Assembly (NCBI GenBank): GCA_964396685.1
Contig: CAYNFS010000003.1
Coordinates: forward strand, 110-64,109
Reading direction: 5' to 3'
DNA: 64,000 nucleotides
DNA from: an uncultured Candidatus Saccharibacteria bacterium
GTDB lineage: Bacteria; Patescibacteriota; Doudnabacteria; UBA920; 2-01-FULL-46-14
The translations under genes were made by a program, and so were the position numbers. Each line of letters opens with the position of its first letter. Position 1 is the first letter of the stretch. Shown piece by piece: positions 1 through 9,649 of this stretch. The notes under the pieces are model-generated. The model had not been told where the DNA came from, did no database searches, and saw only the letters and a program-made list of their open reading frames with translations.

Positions 1-1138
1 AAGCCGTTGTCTGCTCTGGTGATGTTTCTTTTGTTTCAGGTTTATTCAACCCCTTAAGCGACAAACCCAGCCGATGCTCCTGCGGCTCAATGGAAATAAT
101 CTTAAACTGATACTCTTCGCCCTCTTTCAAGACCTCCCCTGGTTCTTTGATTTTTTCTTCGGATAGTTCTCCCACATGAGCCAGTCCGTGAATATTGGGA
201 TCAAGCTCGACGAATGCGCCAAAAGGCGCAAGCTTTACAACTTTACCCCTCACGATTTGGCCAATGCTGTACTGTTTCACGGCATCTTCCCAAGGATCCT
301 TTTGCAAACGCTTGAATGAAAGGCTGATGCGGTCATTGTCAATGGAGATGATTTGCGCTTTGACCCGATCACCGACTTTGACGATATCTTTTGGATCCTC
401 AATTCTCTGCCAAGCAAGTTCGCTGATATGAACCAGGCCTTCCAGCTCCTCGCCAAATTTGACAAACGCTCCAAAATCAACCACCCCGGTCACAACACCT
501 TCTACAACGTCGCCGATCGCGAGCTTGCCGATCTTCTGCATAAGCTCGCCCTCAATCACGGCCCGTTCGGAGATAATCAACTTCTCGCCCTCCGGTTCGG
601 CGGTAATAATCCTCACGTCAAAATCCTGCCCCACATAGCCTTTGAGCACTGCCAAAATCCTGTTTTTGTCTCCGTCCTCAACTCTGGGATAATGTGAGGG
701 GGCAAGCTGGGAAACAGGCAAAAATCCCAAAACATTATTAATTTTGACCATCAACCCTCCTTTGTTGGCTTCCAGAATTTTGGCGTGGATCACCTCGCGG
801 CTTTCCAGCTTCTCTTTGAGCGCTTGCCAAACCCGCTCCTGTCCCGCTTTGCGAAAAGAAAGTTCGATGTTCCCGTCTTTGTTTTCAATCTCAATTACCG
901 AAGCATAAACCATATCGCCGACTTTCAAGGATGACAAAATCGTCTCGTCGTCATAAAGCTCGCGACCCCGCACCACGCCAAGGCCCACTCCCGCCACATC
1001 TACGTACACCTCGTTTTTACCCACGCTCAAAATCCGGCCCTGGATCACCTCTCCTTCTTTGAGGATGTGAAGCCGGACCTGCTTGCCAGATACCAGATCG
1101 TTCATAGATTGGATTTGATTCTCGCTTGTATTGGCCAT
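1..1138 (-). CDS. rpsA: 30S ribosomal protein S1 (C-terminus runs off the window start)
   Basis: Minus-strand translation starts MANTSENQIQSMNDLVSGKQVRLHILKEGEV and shows tandem S1 domains (GQIVRGKVVKLAPFGAFVEL, GLAHVGELSEEKIKEPGEVLKEGEEYQFKII). No stop codon before position 1. Absent from the ORF track because it is open at the window edge. Confidence 0.85.
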   Translation of the reverse strand, partial: MANTSENQIQSMNDLVSGKQVRLHILKEGEVIQGRILSVGKNEVYVDVAGVGLGVVRGRELYDDETILSSLKVGDMVYASVIEIENKDGNIELSFRKAGQERVWQALKEKLESREVIHAKILEANKGGLMVKINNVLGFLPVSQLAPSHYPRVEDGDKNRILAVLKGYVGQDFDVRIITAEPEGEKLIISERAVIEGELMQKIGKLAIGDVVEGVVTGVVDFGAFVKFGEELEGLVHISELAWQRIEDPKDIVKVGDRVKAQIISIDNDRISLSFKRLQKDPWEDAVKQYSIGQIVRGKVVKLAPFGAFVELDPNIHGLAHVGELSEEKIKEPGEVLKEGEEYQFKIISIEPQEHRLGLSLKGLNKPETKETSPEQTTA

Positions 1139-1579
1139 ATAAAAACAAAAACGGGCAACCCCGTACTCTCTGAAAATGATGCAAGAGGTTAAGGGTTAAA
1201 AACAACGAGGTTTAATAGTAAGGAAAATCTTGCCTTAAAATTATTCGGTTTTTTAAGCTTTTTAAGCTTAGCAAATCCAAAAAAATAAATCAAGCCAGCT
1301 AGGTTTTCGAAAAACCTGGCTGGCTCTGTCGGCTATCGCATGACAACGAACTGCGGCGCGGGAGATAAAATAGAATATCCTGCAACTTCCAAATATCTCT
1401 CAAACTGACTCTGGGCAATAACAACTGTGCGCCGATTGCTCCCGCTGAAATTTTGGTGATAAAACTCAACGTAAAGCCTGTCCCCGACTGCGATCGGGGA
1501 GCGAGAATCTGCATCAAATTCAAATCACGGACCCTGCGGTACTCGCAAAATCCACCACCAAGACTGATTTGTGCTCTTG

Positions 1580-1870
1580 CTACTTAATGCCATAAAATTT
1601 TCGTAAAACCTGATTAAATCCGCCGTTTTTATCCGCAAGCTCCCTGGCTCCTCTTGTCACTGTGGCCACGCCTACATGCAGATTTCTGGCCACCCGCCGC
1701 TGGGGAATTCTCTGGTAAAGCTGTTTAACAATCTGCCAGCGGACAGCCACATCCATAAACTCATAGGGGGAGAGGAGGTCTTGGAGAAACTCATAAAGAA
1801 GCTTTCGGTCCTTTGCGACTTCATGCACTACACCGGTCAATTCCCATTCATATTCCTTATTCGCCCGCAT
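1580..1870 (-). CDS. TrpR-like DNA-binding protein (YerC/YecD family)
   Basis: 96 aa. LLSPYEFMDVAVRWQIVKQL...RNLHVGVATVTRGAREL resembles the Trp-repressor fold HTH. Confidence 0.5.
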   Translation of the reverse strand: MRANKEYEWELTGVVHEVAKDRKLLYEFLQDLLSPYEFMDVAVRWQIVKQLYQRIPQRRVARNLHVGVATVTRGARELADKNGGFNQVLRKFYGIK

Positions 1871-1953
1871 AATAAGTGTACTAGTACACTAACACCATGC
1901 GAAAAACTTGTCAAGCGCTGGAAACTTTAGACCTTTCCTGCTATAATACCTTT

Positions 1954-2613
1954 ATGGTTATCACCTGGTACGGGCTTTCTTGTTTCAAAATTTCATCCGG
2001 CTCTTTGACTTTGATCACAGACCCTTTTTTGAAAAGTGTCGGCCTCACCCCGCCCAGAATGGCCGCGGACCTTGCCATCGTTTCCAACATCAAAAGCGAA
2101 GCTTCCAACAATGTTTCCTCGCTGGGAGATAAAAGACTTTTTGTCATTGACGGCCCGGGCGAATTTGACGTCAAAGAGCTTTTTGTGCACGGGGTGGCCG
2201 CTCAAGGAGAAGGCAAAAACAAAAATAACGGCTTTGACTATACGACGATTTATGCGATACGGATGGAAGACATCAACTTAGGTTTTTTAGGAAGCCTCAA
2301 ACAAAGAGAACTTTCTGATATACAACTTGAAGCTTTGGAAAATATAGATATCCTTTTCGTTCCCGTTGGGGGCAACACCGTCTGTGATGCGGAAGAGGCC
2401 ATCACAATTGTCAACCAAATAGAACCGCGCATTGTCATCCCCATGCATTTTGCCCAGAAGGGACTCAAGTTGTCTTTGGACAAGCTGGAACCCTTCCTCA
2501 AAGAAATCGGCTCCACGAAAACGGCGTCTCAGGAAAAACTGACCATAAAGAAGTCTAATCTTGCGGATATAGCTGCCGCCACCCAGGTCGTGGTGTTAAA
2601 GGAGGCCGGCTGA
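1954..2613 (+). CDS. MBL-fold metallo-hydrolase (UPF0173-like)
   Basis: MVITWYGLSCFKISSG...DPF, a typical MBL N-terminus. The start was moved to the internal Met. TATAAT at 1939-1944 lies just upstream, suggesting a short leader. Confidence 0.6.
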   Translation: MVITWYGLSCFKISSGSLTLITDPFLKSVGLTPPRMAADLAIVSNIKSEASNNVSSLGDKRLFVIDGPGEFDVKELFVHGVAAQGEGKNKNNGFDYTTIYAIRMEDINLGFLGSLKQRELSDIQLEALENIDILFVPVGGNTVCDAEEAITIVNQIEPRIVIPMHFAQKGLKLSLDKLEPFLKEIGSTKTASQEKLTIKKSNLADIAAATQVVVLKEAG

Positions 2614-2622
2614 AATTTAAAC

Positions 2623-2838
2623 ATGCAATGGTTCAAACAAAAAATCTCCGACCTTCAGCAAAAACCCTATTCCTCTAAAGTCAAAATCCTGTGGGGAACG
2701 GTCGCGGCAATTGCGATCATTCTGCTTGTCATCTGGTTTATTACCTTGCGTTATCGCAATCTGGAAGCCTCCAATGAGCTCTCCAAGTTTGCGCCAATTT
2801 TTGAGAATCTAAAAAAGCTCAAAAACAACAACCCCTAG
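2623..2838 (+). CDS. small membrane protein, hypothetical
   Basis: 71 aa with one hydrophobic helix ([16 protein letters not shown]), sitting in the gap before gyrA. Confidence 0.3.
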   Translation: MQWFKQKISDLQQKPYSSKVKILWGTVAAIAIILLVIWFITLRYRNLEASNELSKFAPIFENLKKLKNNNP

Positions 2839-2839
2839 T

Positions 2840-5314
2840 ATGGCCAAGCCTCTCAAACCGCTAAAAAACGAGTCTGGAATCGGCTATGTCAAGCCTCGCG
2901 TGCTCGAGGAAGAAATGCAGGAATCTTATCTTGATTACGCGATGAGCGTAATTGTCTCGCGCGCCCTGCCAGACGTGCGCGACGGACTTAAACCCGTGCA
3001 CCGCCGGATTCTTTACGCCATGAATGAACTGGGACTTAACCCCCAAGCGCGCTACCGCAAATCCGCAACGGTAGTGGGCGAAGTCTTAGGCAAATACCAT
3101 CCCCACGGGGATGTGGCCGTATACGATTCGCTGGTGAGACTAGCTCAAAATTTTGCCATGCGCTATCCCTTAGTGGACGGCCAGGGGAACTTTGGCTCTC
3201 TTGACGGGGATGCGCCGGCCGCCATGCGCTACTCGGAGTGCCGGCTGGCCCCTTTGTCTTTGGAATTGCTCTCGGAGCTTGATAGAGAGACGGTTGACTG
3301 GATGGATAACTACGATGCCACCAAAAAGGAACCCAAAGTCTTGCCGGCCAAGCTTCCAAACCTGCTCTTAAACGGCACTTTGGGCATTGCTGTCGGAATG
3401 GCTACCGACATTCCTCCGCATAACTTAGGAGAAATTGCGGCGGCGACCAGCGCTTTGATTGACAATCCCAAGCTTACCAGTGAAGATCTCATGGATTTTG
3501 TTTTGGGTCCTGATTTCCCAACCGGCGGAATCATCTACGACTGGAGCGCCATAAAAGCGGCCTACGCCACCGGCAAGGGCAGTGTTACTGTCCGGGCGAA
3601 AACCGAAATTGTTGAAGGAAAAGATGGAAATTTCCAGATCCTCATCACGGAAATCCCTTATCGCGTCAACAAAGCGACGCTTTTGGAAAAATTTGCCGAA
3701 CTGGTGCGCGACAAAAAGTTAGAAGGAATCAAAAATTTGCGGGACGAATCTGATAAAGACGGAGTAAGAATCGTAGTGGAGCTGAAAAAAGACGCCCTAC
3801 CCAACAAAATCCTCAACCAGCTTTTTAAATATTCCCAGCTTCAGGATGCTTTCCACCTTAATATGCTGGCTCTAGTTGAAGGAATTGAGCCGCGGGTTCT
3901 AAATCTCAAAATGATTTTGGAGTATTATATCGCTCACCGCCGCGAGGTCGTGGCCAGACGCACGCGTTTTGACTTAGAAAAATCCAAGGAGAGAGCCCAT
4001 ATCCTGGAAGGATTAAAAAAAGCGCTTGACCACATCGACGCCATAATCAAGGCTATCAAACAATCTCAAACCAAAGAAGAGGCTCACGCCGAACTTCAGA
4101 AAAAATTCAAGCTTTCGGACAAACAGGCAACCGCGATTTTGGAGATGCGTCTGCAGGCTCTGGCTGGCTTGGAGCAACGCAAGATCGAAGAGGAGCTTAA
4201 AGAAAAAAGACAGCTGATCAAAGAGCTGGAAGAGCTTCTGAAATCCCCCAAAAAAATTGATTCAGTGGTCAAGAAGGAGCTTGCCGATTTGACAACCAAG
4301 TTTTCGGACCCGCGCCGGACTAAGCTTATCAAACAGCCCATTGGCGAATTCAAAGCCGAGGATCTGATAGCTAACGAAGACGCAATCATCGTTGTTACCA
4401 AATCCGGCTATGTAAAAAGGCTGCCGCCTGACACTTACCGCAAACAAGGCCGAGGCGGCAAAGGAGTAATCGGCATCACCACCAAAGAAGAAGATGTGGT
4501 GGAGAAACTGCTTGCCGCTAAGACCCACGATGACGTTATGTTTTTTACCAACAAAGGGCGAGTTTTCCAGACCAAAATCTACGAGCTTCCCGAGACCTCT
4601 CGTACGGCCAAAGGCCAAGCCCTGGTGAACTTTCTAGAGCTTGCACAAGGCGAATTTGCAACTGCCGTGCTCACCTTTGGCAAAGCCGAGCGGACCGCGT
4701 ACAAATACCTTTTTATGGGCACTAAATTCGGCACAGTCAAAAAAACCGCAATCTCGGAGTTTGAAAAGGTCAGGCACTCCGGACTTATCGCCGTTAAGCT
4801 TCAAAGGGATGACGAGCTTAGATGGGTCAATCTCTCTTCGGGCAATGATGACGTCATGATGACCACGGCTGGAGGGCAGGCGATCAGATTTAAAGAAACG
4901 GATGTGCGCCCCATGGGGCGGACGGCCGCGGGAGTGCGCGGAATCAGACTCAAAAAAGACGATCTCGTCATGAGTGTGGATGTTATTGAAAAAAGCCGCG
5001 ATCCCAAAAACCTCCAAGTGCTGGTGATTTCGGAGTTGGGGTTGGGCAAAAAAACCCCTCTTATGGAATATAAGGTTCAGCGCCGGGGCGGATCGGGAAT
5101 CAAAACCATGAACATCACCAAAAAAACCGGAAAAATCGTAATAATGCATACTGTCAACCGGGCGGAAGAAGCAGACCTTGTGGTTATTTCCAAAATGGGG
5201 CAGACTCTGCGCACGGCTTTGGGCCAGATCTCTACCCTGGGACGCGCTACACAGGGTGTGAGAATCTTGAAACTTGAATCAGGCGATCAGGTGGCTTCTG
5301 CCGCAATTGTCTAA
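2840..5314 (+). CDS. gyrA: DNA gyrase subunit A
   Basis: 824 aa. [32 protein letters not shown] and the C-terminal beta-pinwheel repeats are classic GyrA. Confidence 0.95.
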   Translation: MAKPLKPLKNESGIGYVKPRVLEEEMQESYLDYAMSVIVSRALPDVRDGLKPVHRRILYAMNELGLNPQARYRKSATVVGEVLGKYHPHGDVAVYDSLVRLAQNFAMRYPLVDGQGNFGSLDGDAPAAMRYSECRLAPLSLELLSELDRETVDWMDNYDATKKEPKVLPAKLPNLLLNGTLGIAVGMATDIPPHNLGEIAAATSALIDNPKLTSEDLMDFVLGPDFPTGGIIYDWSAIKAAYATGKGSVTVRAKTEIVEGKDGNFQILITEIPYRVNKATLLEKFAELVRDKKLEGIKNLRDESDKDGVRIVVELKKDALPNKILNQLFKYSQLQDAFHLNMLALVEGIEPRVLNLKMILEYYIAHRREVVARRTRFDLEKSKERAHILEGLKKALDHIDAIIKAIKQSQTKEEAHAELQKKFKLSDKQATAILEMRLQALAGLEQRKIEEELKEKRQLIKELEELLKSPKKIDSVVKKELADLTTKFSDPRRTKLIKQPIGEFKAEDLIANEDAIIVVTKSGYVKRLPPDTYRKQGRGGKGVIGITTKEEDVVEKLLAAKTHDDVMFFTNKGRVFQTKIYELPETSRTAKGQALVNFLELAQGEFATAVLTFGKAERTAYKYLFMGTKFGTVKKTAISEFEKVRHSGLIAVKLQRDDELRWVNLSSGNDDVMMTTAGGQAIRFKETDVRPMGRTAAGVRGIRLKKDDLVMSVDVIEKSRDPKNLQVLVISELGLGKKTPLMEYKVQRRGGSGIKTMNITKKTGKIVIMHTVNRAEEADLVVISKMGQTLRTALGQISTLGRATQGVRILKLESGDQVASAAIV

Positions 5315-5334
5315 AAATTGTGGTAAAATAGAAC

Positions 5335-5409
5335 GGGCGCATAGCTCAGCGGCAGAGCATCCGTCTTATACACGGCAGGTCCTAGGTTCGAATCCTAGTG
5401 CGCCCACCA
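5335..5409 (+). tRNA. tRNA, anticodon loop CTTATAC giving anticodon UAU (putative tRNA-Ile reading AUA), with encoded CCA
   Basis: Cloverleaf folded by hand. Acceptor GGGCGCA/TGCGCCC, D-stem GCTC/GAGC, anticodon stem TCCGT/ACGGC with one 27-43 mismatch, T-stem CTAGG/CCTAG, T-loop TTCGAAT, discriminator A, 3' CCA. Confidence 0.75.
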
Positions 5410-5414
5410 AAGTC

Positions 5415-6386
5415 ATGACAGGGCAACAATCGCTAATTGACTACATCAAACAAAATCTCCGAAACGGTTTCCAGGAATCGGAAATCAGGCAGGCCTTGCA
5501 TCAAGCTGGCTGGGGCACTTTGGATATTGAGGATGGATTTCGGGAAGCCAAGGGTGCCAAAACCCTCGGAAAATTTATTGATACGCAAAAACTCCTGCCG
5601 CAACCTGCAAATCGTCAAAAAATCCTGACAATTTTAACCCTCGCGCTTACTCTGCCCGTAATCGGTTTGGGCAGTTTCTGGCTCTATCAAAAATATGCCT
5701 CCCCAGATATTCCAGAGCCCGAAGGGCAAGTGGAAGGGACTCAAAATGCAAACTTAACATCCGGCCTCCAAGAGGCCCAAGGCCGTGATGAGCAGCGTCT
5801 CAAAGATACAACCGGCCTGAAACAAGCTTTAGAATTATATTTTCAACAACATCAACAGTATCCCCCAAAAATCAGCGAGCTTGTAAGCCAAAAGCTAATT
5901 GCCGAAGTTCCGCGCGACCCAAAAAGCGACGAGCCGTATCTCTACCGGAGTTTGGGAGAACCGGCGCTGCATTACTTTTTGGCTTTTATACTGGAAACTA
6001 AAGCCCGAGGGCTCAAGCCTGGCCTGCAAGTCGTTTATTCGGAAGAGGAAATCTCGCCAGAACTTTTTCAGAGATATCAATCTTTGATCAGCGGCGCTGT
6101 TACTCCATTGGGCGCGGAGGGACTTAAGATCACTAAGCTTGATGAAAAGCCGTTTCTCCCCCAAGAACCTGTGACTTTGGAAGTATATGGACAAAAAACC
6201 GCCGAACTTCTAAGCGCCAATATGATTATCCCCGGCTACTTAGAACAAGTAGACCAAAGCAGACCCTTGGTTTTCAAATTTTTGGCTCCTAAAAATCCTG
6301 GCCAATACCCGGTATACGTTTTTGGTTTTGATGGATCCGGCCAGGGCTACTTCCAAAAAACTTTGCTTGTCGTGGAAAATCCTTAA
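5415..6386 (+). CDS. membrane protein with cytoplasmic N-domain, one TM helix and a pseudopilin (GspG-like) domain
   Basis: Start moved downstream of the tRNA (MTGQQSLIDY). TM helix ILTILTLALTLPVIGLGSFWLY. RDEQRLKDTTGLKQALELYFQQHQQYPPKISEL...PRDPKSDEPYLY resembles the T2SS/T4P pseudopilin signature. Confidence 0.4.
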   Translation: MTGQQSLIDYIKQNLRNGFQESEIRQALHQAGWGTLDIEDGFREAKGAKTLGKFIDTQKLLPQPANRQKILTILTLALTLPVIGLGSFWLYQKYASPDIPEPEGQVEGTQNANLTSGLQEAQGRDEQRLKDTTGLKQALELYFQQHQQYPPKISELVSQKLIAEVPRDPKSDEPYLYRSLGEPALHYFLAFILETKARGLKPGLQVVYSEEEISPELFQRYQSLISGAVTPLGAEGLKITKLDEKPFLPQEPVTLEVYGQKTAELLSANMIIPGYLEQVDQSRPLVFKFLAPKNPGQYPVYVFGFDGSGQGYFQKTLLVVENP

Positions 6387-6411
6387 TTTTCGGAAAGGGG
6401 GTGGCAAAATA

Positions 6412-6540
6412 ATGACGACTTGCCCGATGTGCAATGCTGACGAAGTCAGCGATGACCCCGCTGATATGACGGGACACGATATGTCCAAGCATCCTGAAGC
6501 TGGCTCCGGTGATTCCGAAGAGGGAGCGGTTTCCGAATAA
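6412..6540 (+). CDS. small acidic hypothetical protein (CPMC motif)
   Basis: 43-aa internal-Met ORF, MTTCPMCNADEVSDDPADMTGHDMSKHPEAGSGDSEEGAVSE. Weak call. Confidence 0.2.
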   Translation: MTTCPMCNADEVSDDPADMTGHDMSKHPEAGSGDSEEGAVSE

Positions 6541-6625
6541 CATTCTCAATTTCTCAAACAACCAAAGCCCCTGGCTCCAACATACTCTGATACTCTGGGG
6601 GTTTTGTTTTTGGTATAATGCACAC

Positions 6626-7036
6626 ATGGAAACTCTTACGGTCCAAACCAAAAAGAAATACGAGCTCGTGGATCTTACGGAGCAGCTTGCCGCGCTGGTT
6701 GAAAAAACCCTGAACAAATCGGGAATAGTTTTGGTTTTTGTTCCACACACCACCGCGACACTCATCTGCAACGAAGCCGAAGCTAACCTCAAAAGCGATA
6801 TCCTCAAACTCGCCAAGGCCTTGGAGGAAAATGCAGAATTCTTTGGCGGCTTCGCCCATGATTACCAAGAAGGTAACGCGCACGCCCATTTGGTTTCGGC
6901 GTTTGCCGGCAACTCCCGCACCCTCATTATCGAAGATGGACAACTCAAACTCGGCGCGTGGCAATCAATCATGCTTTTGGAAATGGATGGACCGAGAGAA
7001 AGACAAGTTTGGATAAAAATAATTTCCTCTTCTTAA
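6626..7036 (+). CDS. YjbQ/UPF0047 family protein (secondary thiamine-phosphate synthase-like)
   Basis: METLTVQTKKKYELVDLTEQL...VFVPHTTATLICNEAEANL...HLVSAFAGNSRTLIIEDGQLKLGAWQSIMLLEMDGPRER matches the YjbQ fold signature. Confidence 0.7.
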   Translation: METLTVQTKKKYELVDLTEQLAALVEKTLNKSGIVLVFVPHTTATLICNEAEANLKSDILKLAKALEENAEFFGGFAHDYQEGNAHAHLVSAFAGNSRTLIIEDGQLKLGAWQSIMLLEMDGPRERQVWIKIISSS

Positions 7037-7066
7037 TTCTACCTTCTAAATTCTAGGTTCTACTCT

Positions 7067-7792
7067 ATGTCCGGACATAGCAAATGGGCGCAAATCAAAA
7101 GGCAAAAGGCCGTCGCTGACAAGAAAAAAGGACAAATTTTTTCCAAATTGATTAGAGAGATAACAATCACGGCCAAACAGGGAGGAGACGACCCAGTCAG
7201 CAATTTCCGCCTGCGCATTGCCATAGAAAAAGCTCGGAGCGCCGGCATGCCCAGCGACAATATCGAGCGCGCGATCAAACGCGCCACAGGCCTTGAAGCA
7301 GACACTCAAGCGCTTGAAGAAGCAATCTACGAAGGGTATGGCCCCTTTGGCACGGCGTTTTTGATTGAAGCCGCCACTGACAACAAAAACCGGACCGTCA
7401 ATGAAATCAAACATGTCTTTGCTAAACACGGAGGCACTCTGGGAAGTTCGGGCAGTGTCATCTGGCAGTTTGTCACCCGCGGACAGATTTTGGTGGAACG
7501 GGAACCAGATAAAGATCTTTCGGAGCTTGAACTGAAAGCCATTGACGCCGGGGCGGAAGACGTCCGGGAATCACCCGATGGGTTGGAAGTTTATACCCTG
7601 CCTTTGGATCTGGAAAAAATTAGAGAAGCTTTGCTACAAAATGGCGCCCGAATCGCTCAAGCGCACGTGATAAAAGAAAGTACCCGGGGAATTGATTTGA
7701 CTCCCGAACAAAAACCGAAAGTTGAAGAACTTTTTGCCGAGCTTGAGGAGCACGAGGACGTGATCGCGGTGCACACGAACGCAAACCTCTAA
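7067..7792 (+). CDS. YebC/PmpR family DNA-binding transcriptional regulator
   Basis: [43 protein letters not shown] is the conserved YebC N-terminus. Confidence 0.9.
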   Translation: [241 protein letters not shown]

Positions 7793-7819
7793 TTGATAAT
7801 CAATTATCGATAATCGATT

Positions 7820-8302
7820 ATGATTATTTTAGGCATTGACCCCGGCACAGCAACAACCGGCTATGGAATTATCCAAATAAAAAAGGGTGCGTCACCCCGC
7901 CTTATTGAATATGGCTGTATCACCACCCCTAAAAGAAACAGACCGGAGAAGCGCCTTACCGAAATTTATAAGGATCTCAAAAAACTTATCAAAAAACACA
8001 AACCCGGTCTTCTGGCTGTTGAATCTTTATTTTTTTTCAAGAATCTGAAAACCGCGATTTCTGTGGCGCAAGCAAGAGGAGTGGTGCTTCTTTGCGCTTC
8101 TGAATCAAAAATTAAAATTGCAGAATTTGCTCCGCTTGAGGTCAAAATGTCGCTCACAAGCTACGGCCGAGCCGACAAGAAACAAGTGCAATATATGGTG
8201 AAAAAGCTTTTAGGGCTTAAAAACGCGCCCAAGCCCGACGACGCCGCCGACGCTTTGGCAGTGGCAATCTGCGCTTCCTCCCGCCTGTCATTCCAGGCTT
8301 GA
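7820..8302 (+). CDS. ruvC: Holliday junction resolvase RuvC
   Basis: MIILGIDPGTATTGYGII, with a C-terminal KPDDAADALAVAICA. Confidence 0.9.
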   Translation: MIILGIDPGTATTGYGIIQIKKGASPRLIEYGCITTPKRNRPEKRLTEIYKDLKKLIKKHKPGLLAVESLFFFKNLKTAISVAQARGVVLLCASESKIKIAEFAPLEVKMSLTSYGRADKKQVQYMVKKLLGLKNAPKPDDAADALAVAICASSRLSFQA

Positions 8303-8348
8303 TTCGTCTTACAAGTCTAGACCAGGAATCCAATTCTTAAAGAAAAGA

Positions 8349-8380
8349 CCGGAACGAGTCCTAAATGCTCCGGCTTTTTG
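8349..8380 (+). terminator. putative rho-independent terminator after ruvC
   Basis: CCGGA...TCCGG stem followed by CTTTTTGG. Confidence 0.4.
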
Positions 8381-8386
8381 GATACC

Positions 8387-9508
8387 TTACCACGGCAGAT
8401 GTATCTGCGGATTGAATCCGAGATTCCGCAACCACTCCACACCTTCAGAGAAGGAACGCGAGTACACTGGAAATTGCGCGAATCCGCCTTGTTTTGTGTA
8501 GCCACCAACTTCCGTGGAGCAGTCGAGCGTGAACATACAACCTCCGCCTTTTGCACAACGCGCGCTTAAATCAAAATGTTCGCGGGTGGAGAACCACGGC
8601 AGAGCTTCTGGAATCGCGAGCGAATACAACGCGCCCACGAACTCGTACTCTTTGTCGCCGTAGAATGCTGGAGCAGTATGCATTGGAGTACCAGCACCGT
8701 ATTTCCAACGCGGCATACCGAAGATGATGTTTGCTCCATACTCCTTACGAAGATATAGCGCATGGTCAAGCGTGACCAGCGCATCAAAGCGCCAATCAGC
8801 CAATCCGCCGAGAAACGCAACGCCAGCAGTTTTGATGCCGCCTTGTAACGCATGATCGTGCGCGTCAAGGCGATACTGCATATTGGCTTTCGGGCCATGC
8901 GAATGTATTTCCTTGTACGATTCGGCAGCATAGGTTTCCTGCCAGACAATCGTGAAGGTACATCCAGCGTCCGCAAGCAAACGGTAGTCGTCAACTTGCT
9001 TGAGCGGAAAAAAGTTAATTCCCACATTCCGCGCGGCCGCCTTTCTTGTTGCGATAACCATCCGAGCGGCTTTTTGACCGTTCAGTAACTCCGGGTCTGT
9101 TGCCGCAACAAGCTCAATGTCGCCGTATCCAAGCTGAAGCAAGTGAATCGCTTCTTTGCGAACTTCTTCAGGATTCATGCGTATGAGTTTATCGTAGGGC
9201 ACGTTGCCGTGCCGCCATGGGCAATACACGCAGTAGTCGAGACAGCCGCCTATGCTTGGGTCGCCGTCAGATATGTACAGCGGCGGCATAAGAAACAACC
9301 GCTTCTGCCAAACCTCATCACGCCGACGAATTGCTTCCGCTATAACTTCCAGACGAAATGGTTCGTGGTCAGAAGCCAAGATCAGCTGTGCCAGATTTGG
9401 TAAATCAAACGATTCCCTCCGTAAGAGGTCGCCGACCTTATCCGCTGATCGTGTCTCCCAAATCAACAACTGTGCCAGTTTTTCTGGCTCAAAATACTCG
9501 CTAAACAT
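8387..9508 (-). CDS. radical SAM enzyme (CX3CX2C; BioB/ThiH/HydE-like), specific function unknown
   Basis: 373 aa. CLDYCVYCPW radical-SAM cluster motif at about residue 100, with a second Cys cluster CAKGGGCMFTLDC near the C-terminus. GC content is visibly higher than in the neighbouring genes. Confidence 0.6.
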   Translation of the reverse strand: MFSEYFEPEKLAQLLIWETRSADKVGDLLRRESFDLPNLAQLILASDHEPFRLEVIAEAIRRRDEVWQKRLFLMPPLYISDGDPSIGGCLDYCVYCPWRHGNVPYDKLIRMNPEEVRKEAIHLLQLGYGDIELVAATDPELLNGQKAARMVIATRKAAARNVGINFFPLKQVDDYRLLADAGCTFTIVWQETYAAESYKEIHSHGPKANMQYRLDAHDHALQGGIKTAGVAFLGGLADWRFDALVTLDHALYLRKEYGANIIFGMPRWKYGAGTPMHTAPAFYGDKEYEFVGALYSLAIPEALPWFSTREHFDLSARCAKGGGCMFTLDCSTEVGGYTKQGGFAQFPVYSRSFSEGVEWLRNLGFNPQIHLPW

Positions 9509-9584
9509 GGTGTCCCCCTTTCACAAGTTAAGGGACAAATATATCATATTCGCGAGTTCTTTTTTGACAATTTCCCCAAGCCAT

Positions 9585-9613
9585 TGACCTTTCTTCATAT
9601 TTTGGCTAGAATA
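9585..9613 (+). promoter_or_regulatory. sigma70-like promoter for the TrmB-family gene
   Basis: TTGACC, 17-nt spacer, TAGAAT, about 36 nt upstream of the ATG at 9650. Confidence 0.4.
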
Positions 9614-9649
9614 TAACAAATAACTGTCGTAATATTCTGACGATTATAT

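Noticed and set aside
1299-1523. Minus-strand 74-aa ORF
   Set aside because: No RBS, low-complexity translation, and it lies in the rpsA leader region.
5274-5414. N-terminal 47 codons of the track ORF 5274-6386
   Set aside because: It overlaps the tRNA at 5335-5409 on the same strand. The gene start was moved to the ATG at 5415.
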